The position numbers and the translations under genes are program-made. From NCBI GenBank assembly GCA_041675205.1, contig JBAYUF010000003.1, positions 111,025 to 175,024 of the forward strand: a stretch of 64,000 nucleotides of DNA. Direction: 5' to 3'. This document shows positions 18,593-27,322 of the stretch, piece by piece (position 1 is the stretch's first letter; every line of letters starts with the position of its first letter). Below the pieces are notes generated by a model. The model saw only the letters and a list, made by a program, of their open reading frames with translations. It searched no databases and was not told where the DNA came from. The DNA comes from Patescibacteria group bacterium (GTDB lineage: Bacteria > Patescibacteriota > Patescibacteriia > GWA2-46-9).

Positions 18593-18786
18593 ATATCTTT
18601 AAGAAAAACCTCCCGGTCTTCCTTAATATTCCTTTCCCTCGGCTAAGGTCGTTCAGAAATCATTTCACACGACAGCGAGCTAAGCTCTACGGCCGTCGTG
18701 CTCACAATTTCTTCACTCTAGTAAGACAGAACAATCTAAATAGTTTTAGGGAAGTAAACGAGAGTTGTGACCGATTCCCCCAGCCA
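18593..18786 (+). repeat. tRNA-trailer element, family B copy 3, ending in a tRNA-Gln 3' end
   Basis: ttccttaatattcctttcc is shared with 11818-11836; ends tcccccagcca. Confidence 0.8.
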
Positions 18787-18946
18787 AAAATCCTTGGCCC
18801 CCATTGTGGGGCTGAGGTTTTTTGATTGTAGGAGTATAATGGATTCGAACCAGGCGAAGTGGGTCCACCAGAGGGGCACAGGCCAGAAAAGCAGACGACG
18901 ATAGTTCTAGTCCCGAGAAGCGGGACGGAATCATGTCCCCCAGCCA
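18787..18946 (+). repeat. tRNA-Gln trailer unit, family A copy 2, ending in a duplicated tRNA 3' end
   Basis: Shares gttctagtcccg(t/a)gaagcgggacggaatcatgtcccccag with copy 1; ends catgtcccccagcca. Confidence 0.85.
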
Positions 18947-18986
18947 TCTTGAGATAGGTTATTGCGAACGAGGTGTATAGATAAAT

Positions 18987-20204
18987 ATGAATTTGGTTAA
19001 TAAATTTTTTTTAGACAAAGTAAAGCAAGATGAGCTAGAAATGGTACTCTTGTCTTATTTTGGGAGAGGAAATGGTCCACATGAAGGCAAATCTGTATAC
19101 CATAAAGAAGACGATGACAGTTTTTCCGTAACTATTTATTATGGTTCGAGCGGAGAGATCCAGTCAATAGAAAATGGTTCAAAACTTAGCGAGAGAGATA
19201 TAAATGAGATTTTACAGAAAATATCTGATGAGTTAATCGGCGCTCAGGAAGTAGTCGTCGCTAGGGATATTTGTTTTGTAACAGGTTCTAAGGTTGAAGA
19301 GTATTTTACATACAAGGATATATTTCAAATACTGCCCATGCCGTCTGATGCTCCTCAAATACAAAACCAAATGTGGGGGCATCACCCAATTTTATTAGAA
19401 TACAAATATGTTTCATCAAAAAATACTCTAGTAAATGGGTTTAGAAAAAGTAAAAAATTCAGAGAATTAATCACGCTGTTACATTTATTGTCGCAAAGAT
19501 TTTATGGTCCTTCTAGATTTGGTCAGTCTGACTGGGTAGTTATTAGTAATGAAGATATAGAAAAGACAACCAGCGAATTTAAACAGATGGGCTATTGGTA
19601 TAGTAAAAAATTCCAAACCGATAATTCATTTTCATCGACAAAAGGTATAAAAGAGGTTGAATTTGGAAAAAGTAAAAGCAATGAGCTGACTTTTATTGAA
19701 GACGCTGATAAATTGTTAGATATTATTTTTATATTGGATCATGACAGATACTCAAAATTCATCACTTCCTGCTATTGGTTTTATACAGCAAACGAGATCT
19801 GGAAAACTTCGTATTCGGTTTCGTATGTTTGTTTGGTAACGAGTATCGAATGTCTTATGAGCAATGTAGAAAAGTGTGAGTGCGGATCAGCTCTTACAGA
19901 TAAATCTATAGAGAAATGCGAAATATGCGGTGAACCGAAATATAGGATAGGAAAAAGTTTCAAAGACTTTCTAGAAAAATATTCCAATGAGGAATACTCT
20001 AAACTATCCAAGGAAGAGAAAAGTTATATTTACAATATTAGATCCACCATGCTTCATGGAGAAAGAGTATTTACTAGAGACTTTGAACCAATGGGATTCT
20101 TGGGATATCAAAAATCATACGAAAGCGCTTTTCATCGCACGATTTCAAGTTTAGTCTTCGGTGCTTTGATTAACTGGCTTTCTGATAATAAAAAGGTAAA
20201 GTAG
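18987..20204 (+). CDS. HEPN-domain protein (ApeA-like) with a Zn ribbon; putative defence RNase
   Basis: LVTSIECL, CECG..CEICG, YNIRSTMLHG (Rx4H); very AT-rich. Confidence 0.65.
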   Translation: MNLVNKFFLDKVKQDELEMVLLSYFGRGNGPHEGKSVYHKEDDDSFSVTIYYGSSGEIQSIENGSKLSERDINEILQKISDELIGAQEVVVARDICFVTGSKVEEYFTYKDIFQILPMPSDAPQIQNQMWGHHPILLEYKYVSSKNTLVNGFRKSKKFRELITLLHLLSQRFYGPSRFGQSDWVVISNEDIEKTTSEFKQMGYWYSKKFQTDNSFSSTKGIKEVEFGKSKSNELTFIEDADKLLDIIFILDHDRYSKFITSCYWFYTANEIWKTSYSVSYVCLVTSIECLMSNVEKCECGSALTDKSIEKCEICGEPKYRIGKSFKDFLEKYSNEEYSKLSKEEKSYIYNIRSTMLHGERVFTRDFEPMGFLGYQKSYESAFHRTISSLVFGALINWLSDNKKVK

Positions 20205-20309
20205 TGTCGCATTTGTCGCTTTGAATCCGTTGCGAAGAGCCTCAAGGTGTTATAATAAAGAACATCAGAAAACACTTTTCTGCTTCCTTCTTGTAATAGA
20301 ATCATTTAT

Positions 20310-21032
20310 ATGAAACACCAACTTCTTTATAAGGATCTCGCTCGTTATTACGATCATATTTATTCATTTAAAAATTACGAGGCTGAGACCAAGGAACTGC
20401 GTAGTCTTATTGAAAAATATAAGCGTTCCAAGGGAAGCGACATGCTCGACATTGCCTGTGGTACCGGGAAACATTTAGCCTATTTCAAGCGTTGGTATTC
20501 GTGTATTGGGGTTGATGTTAATGAGGGTATGCTACGGGTGGCCCGGAAAAAGATTAAAGGTGTCGTTTTTAAAAAAGGTGACATGACGACACTGAAACTC
20601 AATCGGACTTTTGACGTTATTACCTGTTTATTTAGTTCAATAGGATATGTTCGCACCTATGCAAACCTAGGAAAGACTATCATTGCTTTGTCTAAGCATT
20701 TGAAGCCAGGTGGTGTGCTTATTATTGAACCCTGGTTTACGCAAAAAACATATCGGCCAGGCTTACCGCATATGACGACATACAGTTCCCCGGATATAAA
20801 AATTGCGAGACTTAATGTAAGTGAACGTCGTGGCAGTGTGTCGGTCATGGATATGCATTATCTTGTCGCCGAGCGGGGGCATAAGGTGAAATATTTTGTT
20901 GACCGCCATGAACTCGGCATGTTTGAGCCAGATCGTTTGATAGGTCTAATGCGAAAGGCAAACCTCGAGACGCGCCTTGCAAAGTCAAAACTGATGAAGG
21001 ACCGCGGGTTGTATGTTGGCGTTAAGGTTTAA
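20310..21032 (+). CDS. Class I SAM-dependent methyltransferase (TylM1/DesVI-like)
   Basis: LDIACGTGKH, GDM, FDVITCLFSSIGY, HLKPGGVLIIEPW. Confidence 0.9.
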   Translation: MKHQLLYKDLARYYDHIYSFKNYEAETKELRSLIEKYKRSKGSDMLDIACGTGKHLAYFKRWYSCIGVDVNEGMLRVARKKIKGVVFKKGDMTTLKLNRTFDVITCLFSSIGYVRTYANLGKTIIALSKHLKPGGVLIIEPWFTQKTYRPGLPHMTTYSSPDIKIARLNVSERRGSVSVMDMHYLVAERGHKVKYFVDRHELGMFEPDRLIGLMRKANLETRLAKSKLMKDRGLYVGVKV

Positions 21033-21072
21033 AAAATTTGTATTAGGCGTATTGGCGTGCATTTAAAAAAAT

Positions 21073-21819
21073 ATGGATGAAGAAATAAAGATCAATGAAT
21101 TCAATAAAATTTTAGAGCAGGCAAAAAATGACGATAGGGTTATCGGGCTAATTTTAGCTGGCGGACGCGGCAAGGGCATGTTCACAGAAAATTCTGATTA
21201 CGACGTTGCTATAATTACAACCGATGAATCGATTTTAGGTGTTAAGGAAGATTACAAAGGCACACAAGATATTATTGATATAGGGGTATTATCGATATCT
21301 GAATTTAGAATATATGCAGCAGTAGGAACAGCGGAAGACTGGGATAGATATACTTACGCACATATAAAAGCTCGCATTGATAAAACAGGAGAAATCCAAA
21401 AGATAATTGATGAAAAAGGTATTTTGCCGCAAGAGCAAATATCAAAAGTAGCAAAAAAAGCTTTGTGTGGTTATCTAAATTCTTTGTATCGTGCTTTAAA
21501 AAATCACAGAGACGGAAACGAATTTGCCTCGCGTTTAGACGCTTGTGAATCTTTGCCTTGGTTACTAACCTTTCTCTTTGCAGTTGAGGGGCGAGTTCGT
21601 CCGTACAATAAGTTTCTGAAATGGGAACTTGAGAACTATCCATTAAAGAATCTACCAATCTCATCTGAAGATTTTTTAGCAAAAATCGAATTAATTATCA
21701 AAATAGGCGATATTGAAATCCAAAAAGAATTTCATAAAATTGCAGAAGAAATTGCAGTAAAAAATGATTGTGTTGATGTGATAGACGACTGGGCAGGATA
21801 TTATTTTGCTAGAGAATAA
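21073..21819 (+). CDS. Pol-beta-superfamily nucleotidyltransferase domain protein
   Basis: LAGGRGKG..SDYDV followed by a helical C-terminal domain. Confidence 0.7.
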   Translation: MDEEIKINEFNKILEQAKNDDRVIGLILAGGRGKGMFTENSDYDVAIITTDESILGVKEDYKGTQDIIDIGVLSISEFRIYAAVGTAEDWDRYTYAHIKARIDKTGEIQKIIDEKGILPQEQISKVAKKALCGYLNSLYRALKNHRDGNEFASRLDACESLPWLLTFLFAVEGRVRPYNKFLKWELENYPLKNLPISSEDFLAKIELIIKIGDIEIQKEFHKIAEEIAVKNDCVDVIDDWAGYYFARE

Positions 21820-21825
21820 TTAAGC

Positions 21826-22475
21826 ATGACACTCCTTAAATTCGAAAACATTCCTATACATGAATGCGGAGACGAACTCGTTAATCTAGGCGAATACGAC
21901 TTCGCTCTTGAACCGGTCTATTTCAATTTAGGTTTCTCTCCGGAGCCACGTATTTTTCTTCGTAAATCAGTCGTCGACAAACTTATTGGCATACAGAATA
22001 GTCTGAACGGATATCGCTTTAAGATCTGGGATGGTTTTCGCCCGCGTTCTGTACAGCAGAAGATTTATGAAAAGTTTTGGAATGAGCTGAGTGAAGCACA
22101 TTCCGAATGGGACGAAGAAAGATTGAAGATGGAAGTTGGTGTGTTTGTCACCACGCCTAACGACCAAAACCGCATTCCTCCTCATGCCACAGGTTCAACA
22201 GTTGACCTAACGCTCGTTGACTCGGATGGTAACGAACTCGATATGGGTACGGCATTTGATTATTTTGACCAGAAGCAGCGGCTTTCTACTTTGACGAGAA
22301 TCCGGGAAACTTGACGGCAGCAAAGAATAGAAAGCTACTTCGAGAGACAATGTATGCTGGGGGTTTTGGAGGAGACAAAGACGAGTGGTGGCACTTTGAC
22401 TATGGGAATCAGAAGTGGGCAGTCGAGCTAGGTCACGCTGAAGCGATGTTCGGAGAGGCTGAAATTCCTAAATGA
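21826..22475 (+). pseudogene. D-Ala-D-Ala dipeptidase (M15/VanX-DdpX family), frameshifted near 22267
   Basis: WDGFRP, PPHATGSTVDLTL, LDMGT in one frame; NRKLLRETM..EWWHFDYG in another frame ending at 22475. Confidence 0.85.
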
Positions 22476-22942
22476 GTTCCTGCATTACTTCTGAGCAAAA
22501 ATCTATGCAACCATCAAAACACCCAAAAGTAGGTTTAGGTATTATTATCGTTAATAGTGAAGGGCGTATTTTAATTGGCAAGCGGATAGGGAGTCATGCC
22601 CAAAAATATTCTATTCCTGGGGGCCACTTAGAAATGGGTGAGACATTTGAGGAGGGAGCTATTCGAGAGGTCAAAGAGGAAACTAATTTGAATATAGTTG
22701 AACCGAAAGTAATTGCCATTACTAATAATTTAGAAACTTTCAAAGAAGAAGGGGAGCACTACATTTCTGTCATTCTTCTGGCACGAAAATATACGGGCGA
22801 ATTAATAAACATGGAGCCGGATAAATGTGAAGAACTTATTTGGGTAGACCCCAAAAATCTCCCTCAGCCTCATTTTGACGCAAGCGCATTAGGAGTATCG
22901 TGCTATTTGAAAGGCAGTTTTTATAGTGGGGCTGATTTTTGA
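22472..22942 (+). CDS. Nudix hydrolase
   Basis: PGGHLEMGETFEEGAIREVKEETNL; EPDKC. Confidence 0.9.
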   Translation: MSSCITSEQKSMQPSKHPKVGLGIIIVNSEGRILIGKRIGSHAQKYSIPGGHLEMGETFEEGAIREVKEETNLNIVEPKVIAITNNLETFKEEGEHYISVILLARKYTGELINMEPDKCEELIWVDPKNLPQPHFDASALGVSCYLKGSFYSGADF

Positions 22943-22976
22943 TTGTAGGAGTATAATGAATTTGAACCGGGCGAAG
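22926..22976 (+). repeat. Partial family A element
   Basis: gtggggctga..tttttgattgtaggagtataatg.att.gaacc.ggcgaag matches 18806-18859. Confidence 0.85.
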
Positions 22977-23065
22977 GGCTTGGGAATCGGAGGCTGGCAA
23001 ATTGGGTAATCTGATCCAAATACTTTTTAGGAGACTAGTGGTGTAAAGAAAAGGGAGAAATAATT

Positions 23066-24883
23066 ATGGCCAAAATAAAAGACATTCCAAAAGTAGATCG
23101 CCCAAGGGAAAAGTTCCTACAAAAGGGCTCGGAAGCACTTTCAAAAAGTGATCTTTTGGCAATCTTGCTTGGCAGTGGAATAAAAGGGAAAAATGTAAGA
23201 CAGCTTTCCGAGAATATCATTAAAAAATTTGGTAATAAATTTTTAGATATCAAAGTGGATGATTTGCTTCAGGTCTCAGGAATAGGCCAAGCAAAAGCAC
23301 TACAAATTGTTTCTGCTATTTCTTTGGTAAAAAGATTTTACGATGAGCAAAAAAGAAGCGAAATTATAATAAAGAATCAGCAGGATGTCTTAGCCCTGAC
23401 GTACGATCTGACAGATAAGAAGAAAGAGTACTTAGTCTGTCTCTATTTAAACACGAGAAATGTCTTGATAAAAAAAGAGGTTGTTAGTGTTGGATTACTC
23501 GATAAAAGCTTAGTTCACCCCAGAGAAATATTTCATCCAGCCGTTGAATTTAATGCCGCTAGTATTATTTTAATTCACAATCATCCCTCCGGAATATCAG
23601 ACCCGAGTGAGAAAGATATTGAGATTGTTAAAAAAATATCCCAGGCTGGTGACATAATGGGAATTGCTGTAATTGATTTTGTTATTACTGCTAACAATGG
23701 GAGTTATAGTTTTTATGACAAACTACAACAAGGTAAGAAACATTTGGATTACGTTGCTGACGGCATACAAGGAACCTTATTTGATCTTTTAGAGATTGAA
23801 AAGCCGACTTATGAAATAAATGCCGAAAAGATACAAGAAAATTATTTTTATATTCCTCAAATTAAGAAGAATCACCTCCAGTTACAAAATCGGAGATATA
23901 TTGGAAGTAAGCATAAACTAATTGAATGGATTTTTTCTATAATCAATAAAGAATGCGAGAAACGAAGTTCCTTTGCTGATGTCTTTGCAGGCACCGGAGT
24001 TGTTTCGGCTGTCGCGGCTAGGCATTTTGATGAAATCATATTGAACGATTTTCTACATTCAAATTATGCAATCTATCAGGCTTTTTTTGGTAATGGTAAG
24101 TGGGACAAACAAAAGCTTGACGATATAATCAAAAATTACAATAACATCAACGGTGAAGACCTAGAAAAGAATTATTTCTCTGAAAACTTTGGCGGAAAGT
24201 ATTTCAGTCATAATTCCTCAAAGATAATTGGATTCATAAGAGAAAATATTGAGGAAAATAAAAGCAATTTAACTGATAAGGAATATTATATTCTCATTGC
24301 TTCTTTGTTGTATTCAATTGATAAGGTTGCAAATACGGTTGGTCACTACGATGCCTATTTCAAAAAGGATCATTTTGAAGACGGGTTTTTTATGAGACCA
24401 ATTGATCCAATCGAAGTAAAGAGAGTGGCTATCTTTAGAGAAGACACAAATCTTTTAGCAAAAAAAATTAAAGCCGATGTTGTCTATATTGATCCTCCAT
24501 ATAATTCAAGACAATACAGTCGTTTTTATCATGTGCTTGAGACTCTAACGAAGTGGGATAAACCAAGACTTTATGGAACGGCATTAAAACCCGAAGAAGA
24601 AAATATGAGTGATTACTGTAAGGTACGAGCAAGAGATAGACTTGCCGAGTTGGTCCGGGACTTAGATGCCAAATATCTAGTAGTGTCATACAACAATACT
24701 TACGATTCAAAAAGCAACTCTTCAAAAAATAAGATCACCCTGCAGGAAATAAAAGATATTTTAGTCTCTAAGGGTAAAACAAAGGTTTTTGAAAAAGACT
24801 ACAGGCATTTTAATGCCGGAAATACCGATTTCAAAAATCATAAAGAATACTTGTTTGTAACTACCACAGACTATGCAAAGTAA
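23066..24883 (+). CDS. RadC (HhH + JAB/MPN) fused to an adenine-specific DNA methyltransferase
   Basis: RPREK, VHPREIF, HNHPSG..PS..D; then RYIGSKHKL, DVFAGTGVV, YIDPPYNSRQY. Confidence 0.9.
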   Translation: MAKIKDIPKVDRPREKFLQKGSEALSKSDLLAILLGSGIKGKNVRQLSENIIKKFGNKFLDIKVDDLLQVSGIGQAKALQIVSAISLVKRFYDEQKRSEIIIKNQQDVLALTYDLTDKKKEYLVCLYLNTRNVLIKKEVVSVGLLDKSLVHPREIFHPAVEFNAASIILIHNHPSGISDPSEKDIEIVKKISQAGDIMGIAVIDFVITANNGSYSFYDKLQQGKKHLDYVADGIQGTLFDLLEIEKPTYEINAEKIQENYFYIPQIKKNHLQLQNRRYIGSKHKLIEWIFSIINKECEKRSSFADVFAGTGVVSAVAARHFDEIILNDFLHSNYAIYQAFFGNGKWDKQKLDDIIKNYNNINGEDLEKNYFSENFGGKYFSHNSSKIIGFIRENIEENKSNLTDKEYYILIASLLYSIDKVANTVGHYDAYFKKDHFEDGFFMRPIDPIEVKRVAIFREDTNLLAKKIKADVVYIDPPYNSRQYSRFYHVLETLTKWDKPRLYGTALKPEEENMSDYCKVRARDRLAELVRDLDAKYLVVSYNNTYDSKSNSSKNKITLQEIKDILVSKGKTKVFEKDYRHFNAGNTDFKNHKEYLFVTTTDYAK

Positions 24884-25778
24884 AATCAAAAGATCCCCTT
24901 TGTTTTACGTCGGGGACAAGTACAAGCTAATGAAACAGTTGGCTGGTTTATTTCCAAAGGAAGTAAGCAACTTTTATGAGCCGTTTGTTGGTGGTGGAAC
25001 AGTTTTTTTAAATGTTCGTGCCGATAAATATTATTTGAATGATAATGACAAAAATCTCATTAACATACACCGGTTTTTGGTGGGAAGTTCAAATAACCCA
25101 GATGTATTTTTTAAGAATGTAGAAAAGGTAATAAAAAAGTATCGTCTATCACGATCATACAAGGAAGACATAATTCCTGTTTCATTAAAAAGAGAGTGGA
25201 AGAAAACCTATTTTGCTAGATTCAATAAAGAGGGCTACGAGAAGTTAAGGGTTTGTGTAAATAAGAATTTAAAAAATGATCCCCTGGTTCTGTATATATT
25301 GCTAATCTACGGATTCAACAGGATGTTGAGATTCAATGGAGGGGGTAAGTTCAATCTACCGGTTGGCAATGTCGATTTTAATAAAAATGTTGTTAACGCC
25401 CTAAATGAATACTTTGACTTTACTCGGAACAACAAAATAGCTTTAAGCTCGAAAGATTTTAGAAGCTATTTTGTTGGCCGAAAATATTGGGAAAACGACT
25501 TTGTTTATCTCGACCCGCCATACCTGATAACTGCTAGTGAATACAACAAACGGTGGGATCAAAAAGCGGAAGCTGACTTACTAAAAATAATTGATGATCT
25601 CGACAAAAAAGGTGTTAAGTTTGCCCTGTCGAATGTAACTCATTATAACGGTAGTAAAAATGAGTTACTGATTGACTGGATGAAAAAATATAAGACTCAC
25701 AAGATAGTGAGCAATTACATCAGTTATCACAATAACGGCAAGAAACAGATTAAGGAAGTGTTGGTTACCAATTATTAA
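24873..25778 (+). CDS. Dam-family N6-adenine DNA methyltransferase
   Basis: SPLFYVGDKYKL, EPFVGGG, YLDPPY, EVLVTNY. Confidence 0.92.
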   Translation: MQSKIKRSPLFYVGDKYKLMKQLAGLFPKEVSNFYEPFVGGGTVFLNVRADKYYLNDNDKNLINIHRFLVGSSNNPDVFFKNVEKVIKKYRLSRSYKEDIIPVSLKREWKKTYFARFNKEGYEKLRVCVNKNLKNDPLVLYILLIYGFNRMLRFNGGGKFNLPVGNVDFNKNVVNALNEYFDFTRNNKIALSSKDFRSYFVGRKYWENDFVYLDPPYLITASEYNKRWDQKAEADLLKIIDDLDKKGVKFALSNVTHYNGSKNELLIDWMKKYKTHKIVSNYISYHNNGKKQIKEVLVTNY

Positions 25779-25782
25779 ATAT

Positions 25783-27318
25783 ATGAAAACAAAAACAAGA
25801 GAATCAGAATATAAACCATTATTGTTTACTACCACACTCAGAAATCCGGAAAGGCTCAAGTGGTTTTTAGGAGTCCTTAAGGACTATGACGGTAAAGTTC
25901 TCGATGATCAGTTGGCGGAAGAAATCTCCGGAGAAGTCATTAGAGTTGGCTTGTATAAACCGACAAAGATAAGTGCTGCTATAAAGAAAAAAATTGAAGC
26001 AAAAGAGCCATTGTCCGATTCCGAAGTCATAAAGATTCTTGAGGACAATCCGCAGAATCACAAAGAGGCCGGTTTTAGTAAGGGCTGGGCTTCTCGATTT
26101 GATACCTGGTTTAAGATCGCCAAGGAGCTTGGCTTTGTCTATTACAAAAATGGTGAAAAAATCAGATTTTCTGATATCGGATTAAAATTAGTTGATAATG
26201 AACATCCCGAATTTGAACAGCAGGCTTTTCTGAACGCCTTTGTAAAATACCAAAGTAATAGTCCATTTAGACGAGTCCTCAACGAAAATGCGCCACTCAT
26301 TTTATTGCTCAATGTTATCAATGAAGTAAACGCGGATAAGGATTTAAACGGGACCGGAATTTCTAAATTAGAATTACCGCTGATTATCTTTTGGAAAGAT
26401 GATGACGCGCAGGGACTATACAAGCTTATAAAGAAAATCAGAAAAGAACACGGCTATACCCCGAGTTGGGAAGTTATTGTTGGCATTTGTGCTAACCAGA
26501 TTATGAAGGGTGATTTCAAAAAGTTTAATCCGAAGTCAATAATGGTTGACTATCCGGATGAATTCATCAGGAAAATGAGGTTGACCGGGCTGATCTCATT
26601 AAGAGGAGCTGGTCGTTTCGTTGATATAAACAGAAACGAACAATCCAAGGTTGATTATGCTCTAGCTAAATATTCTCAATATGAGAAGTATGCAACGGAA
26701 GAAGAGTATTTTGAGTACATGTCGACCGTGGACAAAAACCTAATCTCGTTTGTTGCTAAACCGGTAAGTGTTGGTGAAAGAGATGCGTTTTTGGCAAAGT
26801 GGGTTGGTATTTACCCTTGGAACAAAATTAAGGCCGAAATGTTAAATCTTGCAAATAAAAAGCTCACGAAAGATGATGTTTTAAAATACCTATCAAATCC
26901 CGTCAGACTTGAGTTTTTAGTGTCTTTGGCCATCAAATCAAAATTTCCAAGTGTTAAGGTGATCCCCAATTATCCTTATGATGACGAAGGAATTCCGACC
27001 TCAACAGCTGGAGGTGTTGGAAACAAAGGTGATATCGAATGCTTCGAAGATGTTAAGGGTATATTGGTTGAAGTAACTATGTCTGAAGGACGTATGCAAA
27101 CCATGATGGAAGTATGGCCGATCTCAAGACACCTGGAAGAATTCAAAAAAAGCGCACCAGATTCAATGTGTTATTTTGTGGCACCTAGCATATTCAAAGA
27201 TTCGGAAATGCAGATTAATTATGTCAAAGAAAAAAAGAATCTTTCAATCTTGCCGAAAACAATTGATGAATTTTTGACTCACATAGAGAGTAGGGAGACT
27301 CTATACGCGGCTACGTAA
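25783..27318 (+). CDS. Type II restriction endonuclease, probably AlwI family (type IIS)
   Basis: N-terminal FTTTLRNPER, RLTGLIS, C-terminal GDIE..VEVT..EVWPISRHL; follows two methyltransferases. Confidence 0.8.
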   Translation: MKTKTRESEYKPLLFTTTLRNPERLKWFLGVLKDYDGKVLDDQLAEEISGEVIRVGLYKPTKISAAIKKKIEAKEPLSDSEVIKILEDNPQNHKEAGFSKGWASRFDTWFKIAKELGFVYYKNGEKIRFSDIGLKLVDNEHPEFEQQAFLNAFVKYQSNSPFRRVLNENAPLILLLNVINEVNADKDLNGTGISKLELPLIIFWKDDDAQGLYKLIKKIRKEHGYTPSWEVIVGICANQIMKGDFKKFNPKSIMVDYPDEFIRKMRLTGLISLRGAGRFVDINRNEQSKVDYALAKYSQYEKYATEEEYFEYMSTVDKNLISFVAKPVSVGERDAFLAKWVGIYPWNKIKAEMLNLANKKLTKDDVLKYLSNPVRLEFLVSLAIKSKFPSVKVIPNYPYDDEGIPTSTAGGVGNKGDIECFEDVKGILVEVTMSEGRMQTMMEVWPISRHLEEFKKSAPDSMCYFVAPSIFKDSEMQINYVKEKKNLSILPKTIDEFLTHIESRETLYAAT

Positions 27319-27322
27319 ATAT

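Noticed and set aside
18336-18947. ORFs 18336-18602, 18702-18947 and 18746-18934
   Set aside because: They overlap the tRNA and the non-coding repeat units and show no protein-like features
20204-20231. gtgtcgcat matching the dif-like left arm after the HEPN gene
   Set aside because: A 9 bp match is expected by chance in a window this size, and there is no second arm
18987-21819. HEPN-MNT toxin-antitoxin pair
   Set aside because: The genes are separated by a methyltransferase and both are much larger than typical HEPN/MNT partners
9604-22468. gaggctgaaatt recurring at about 9605, 9632 and 22455
   Set aside because: Short matches explained by a terminator arm and coding sequence; no shared context
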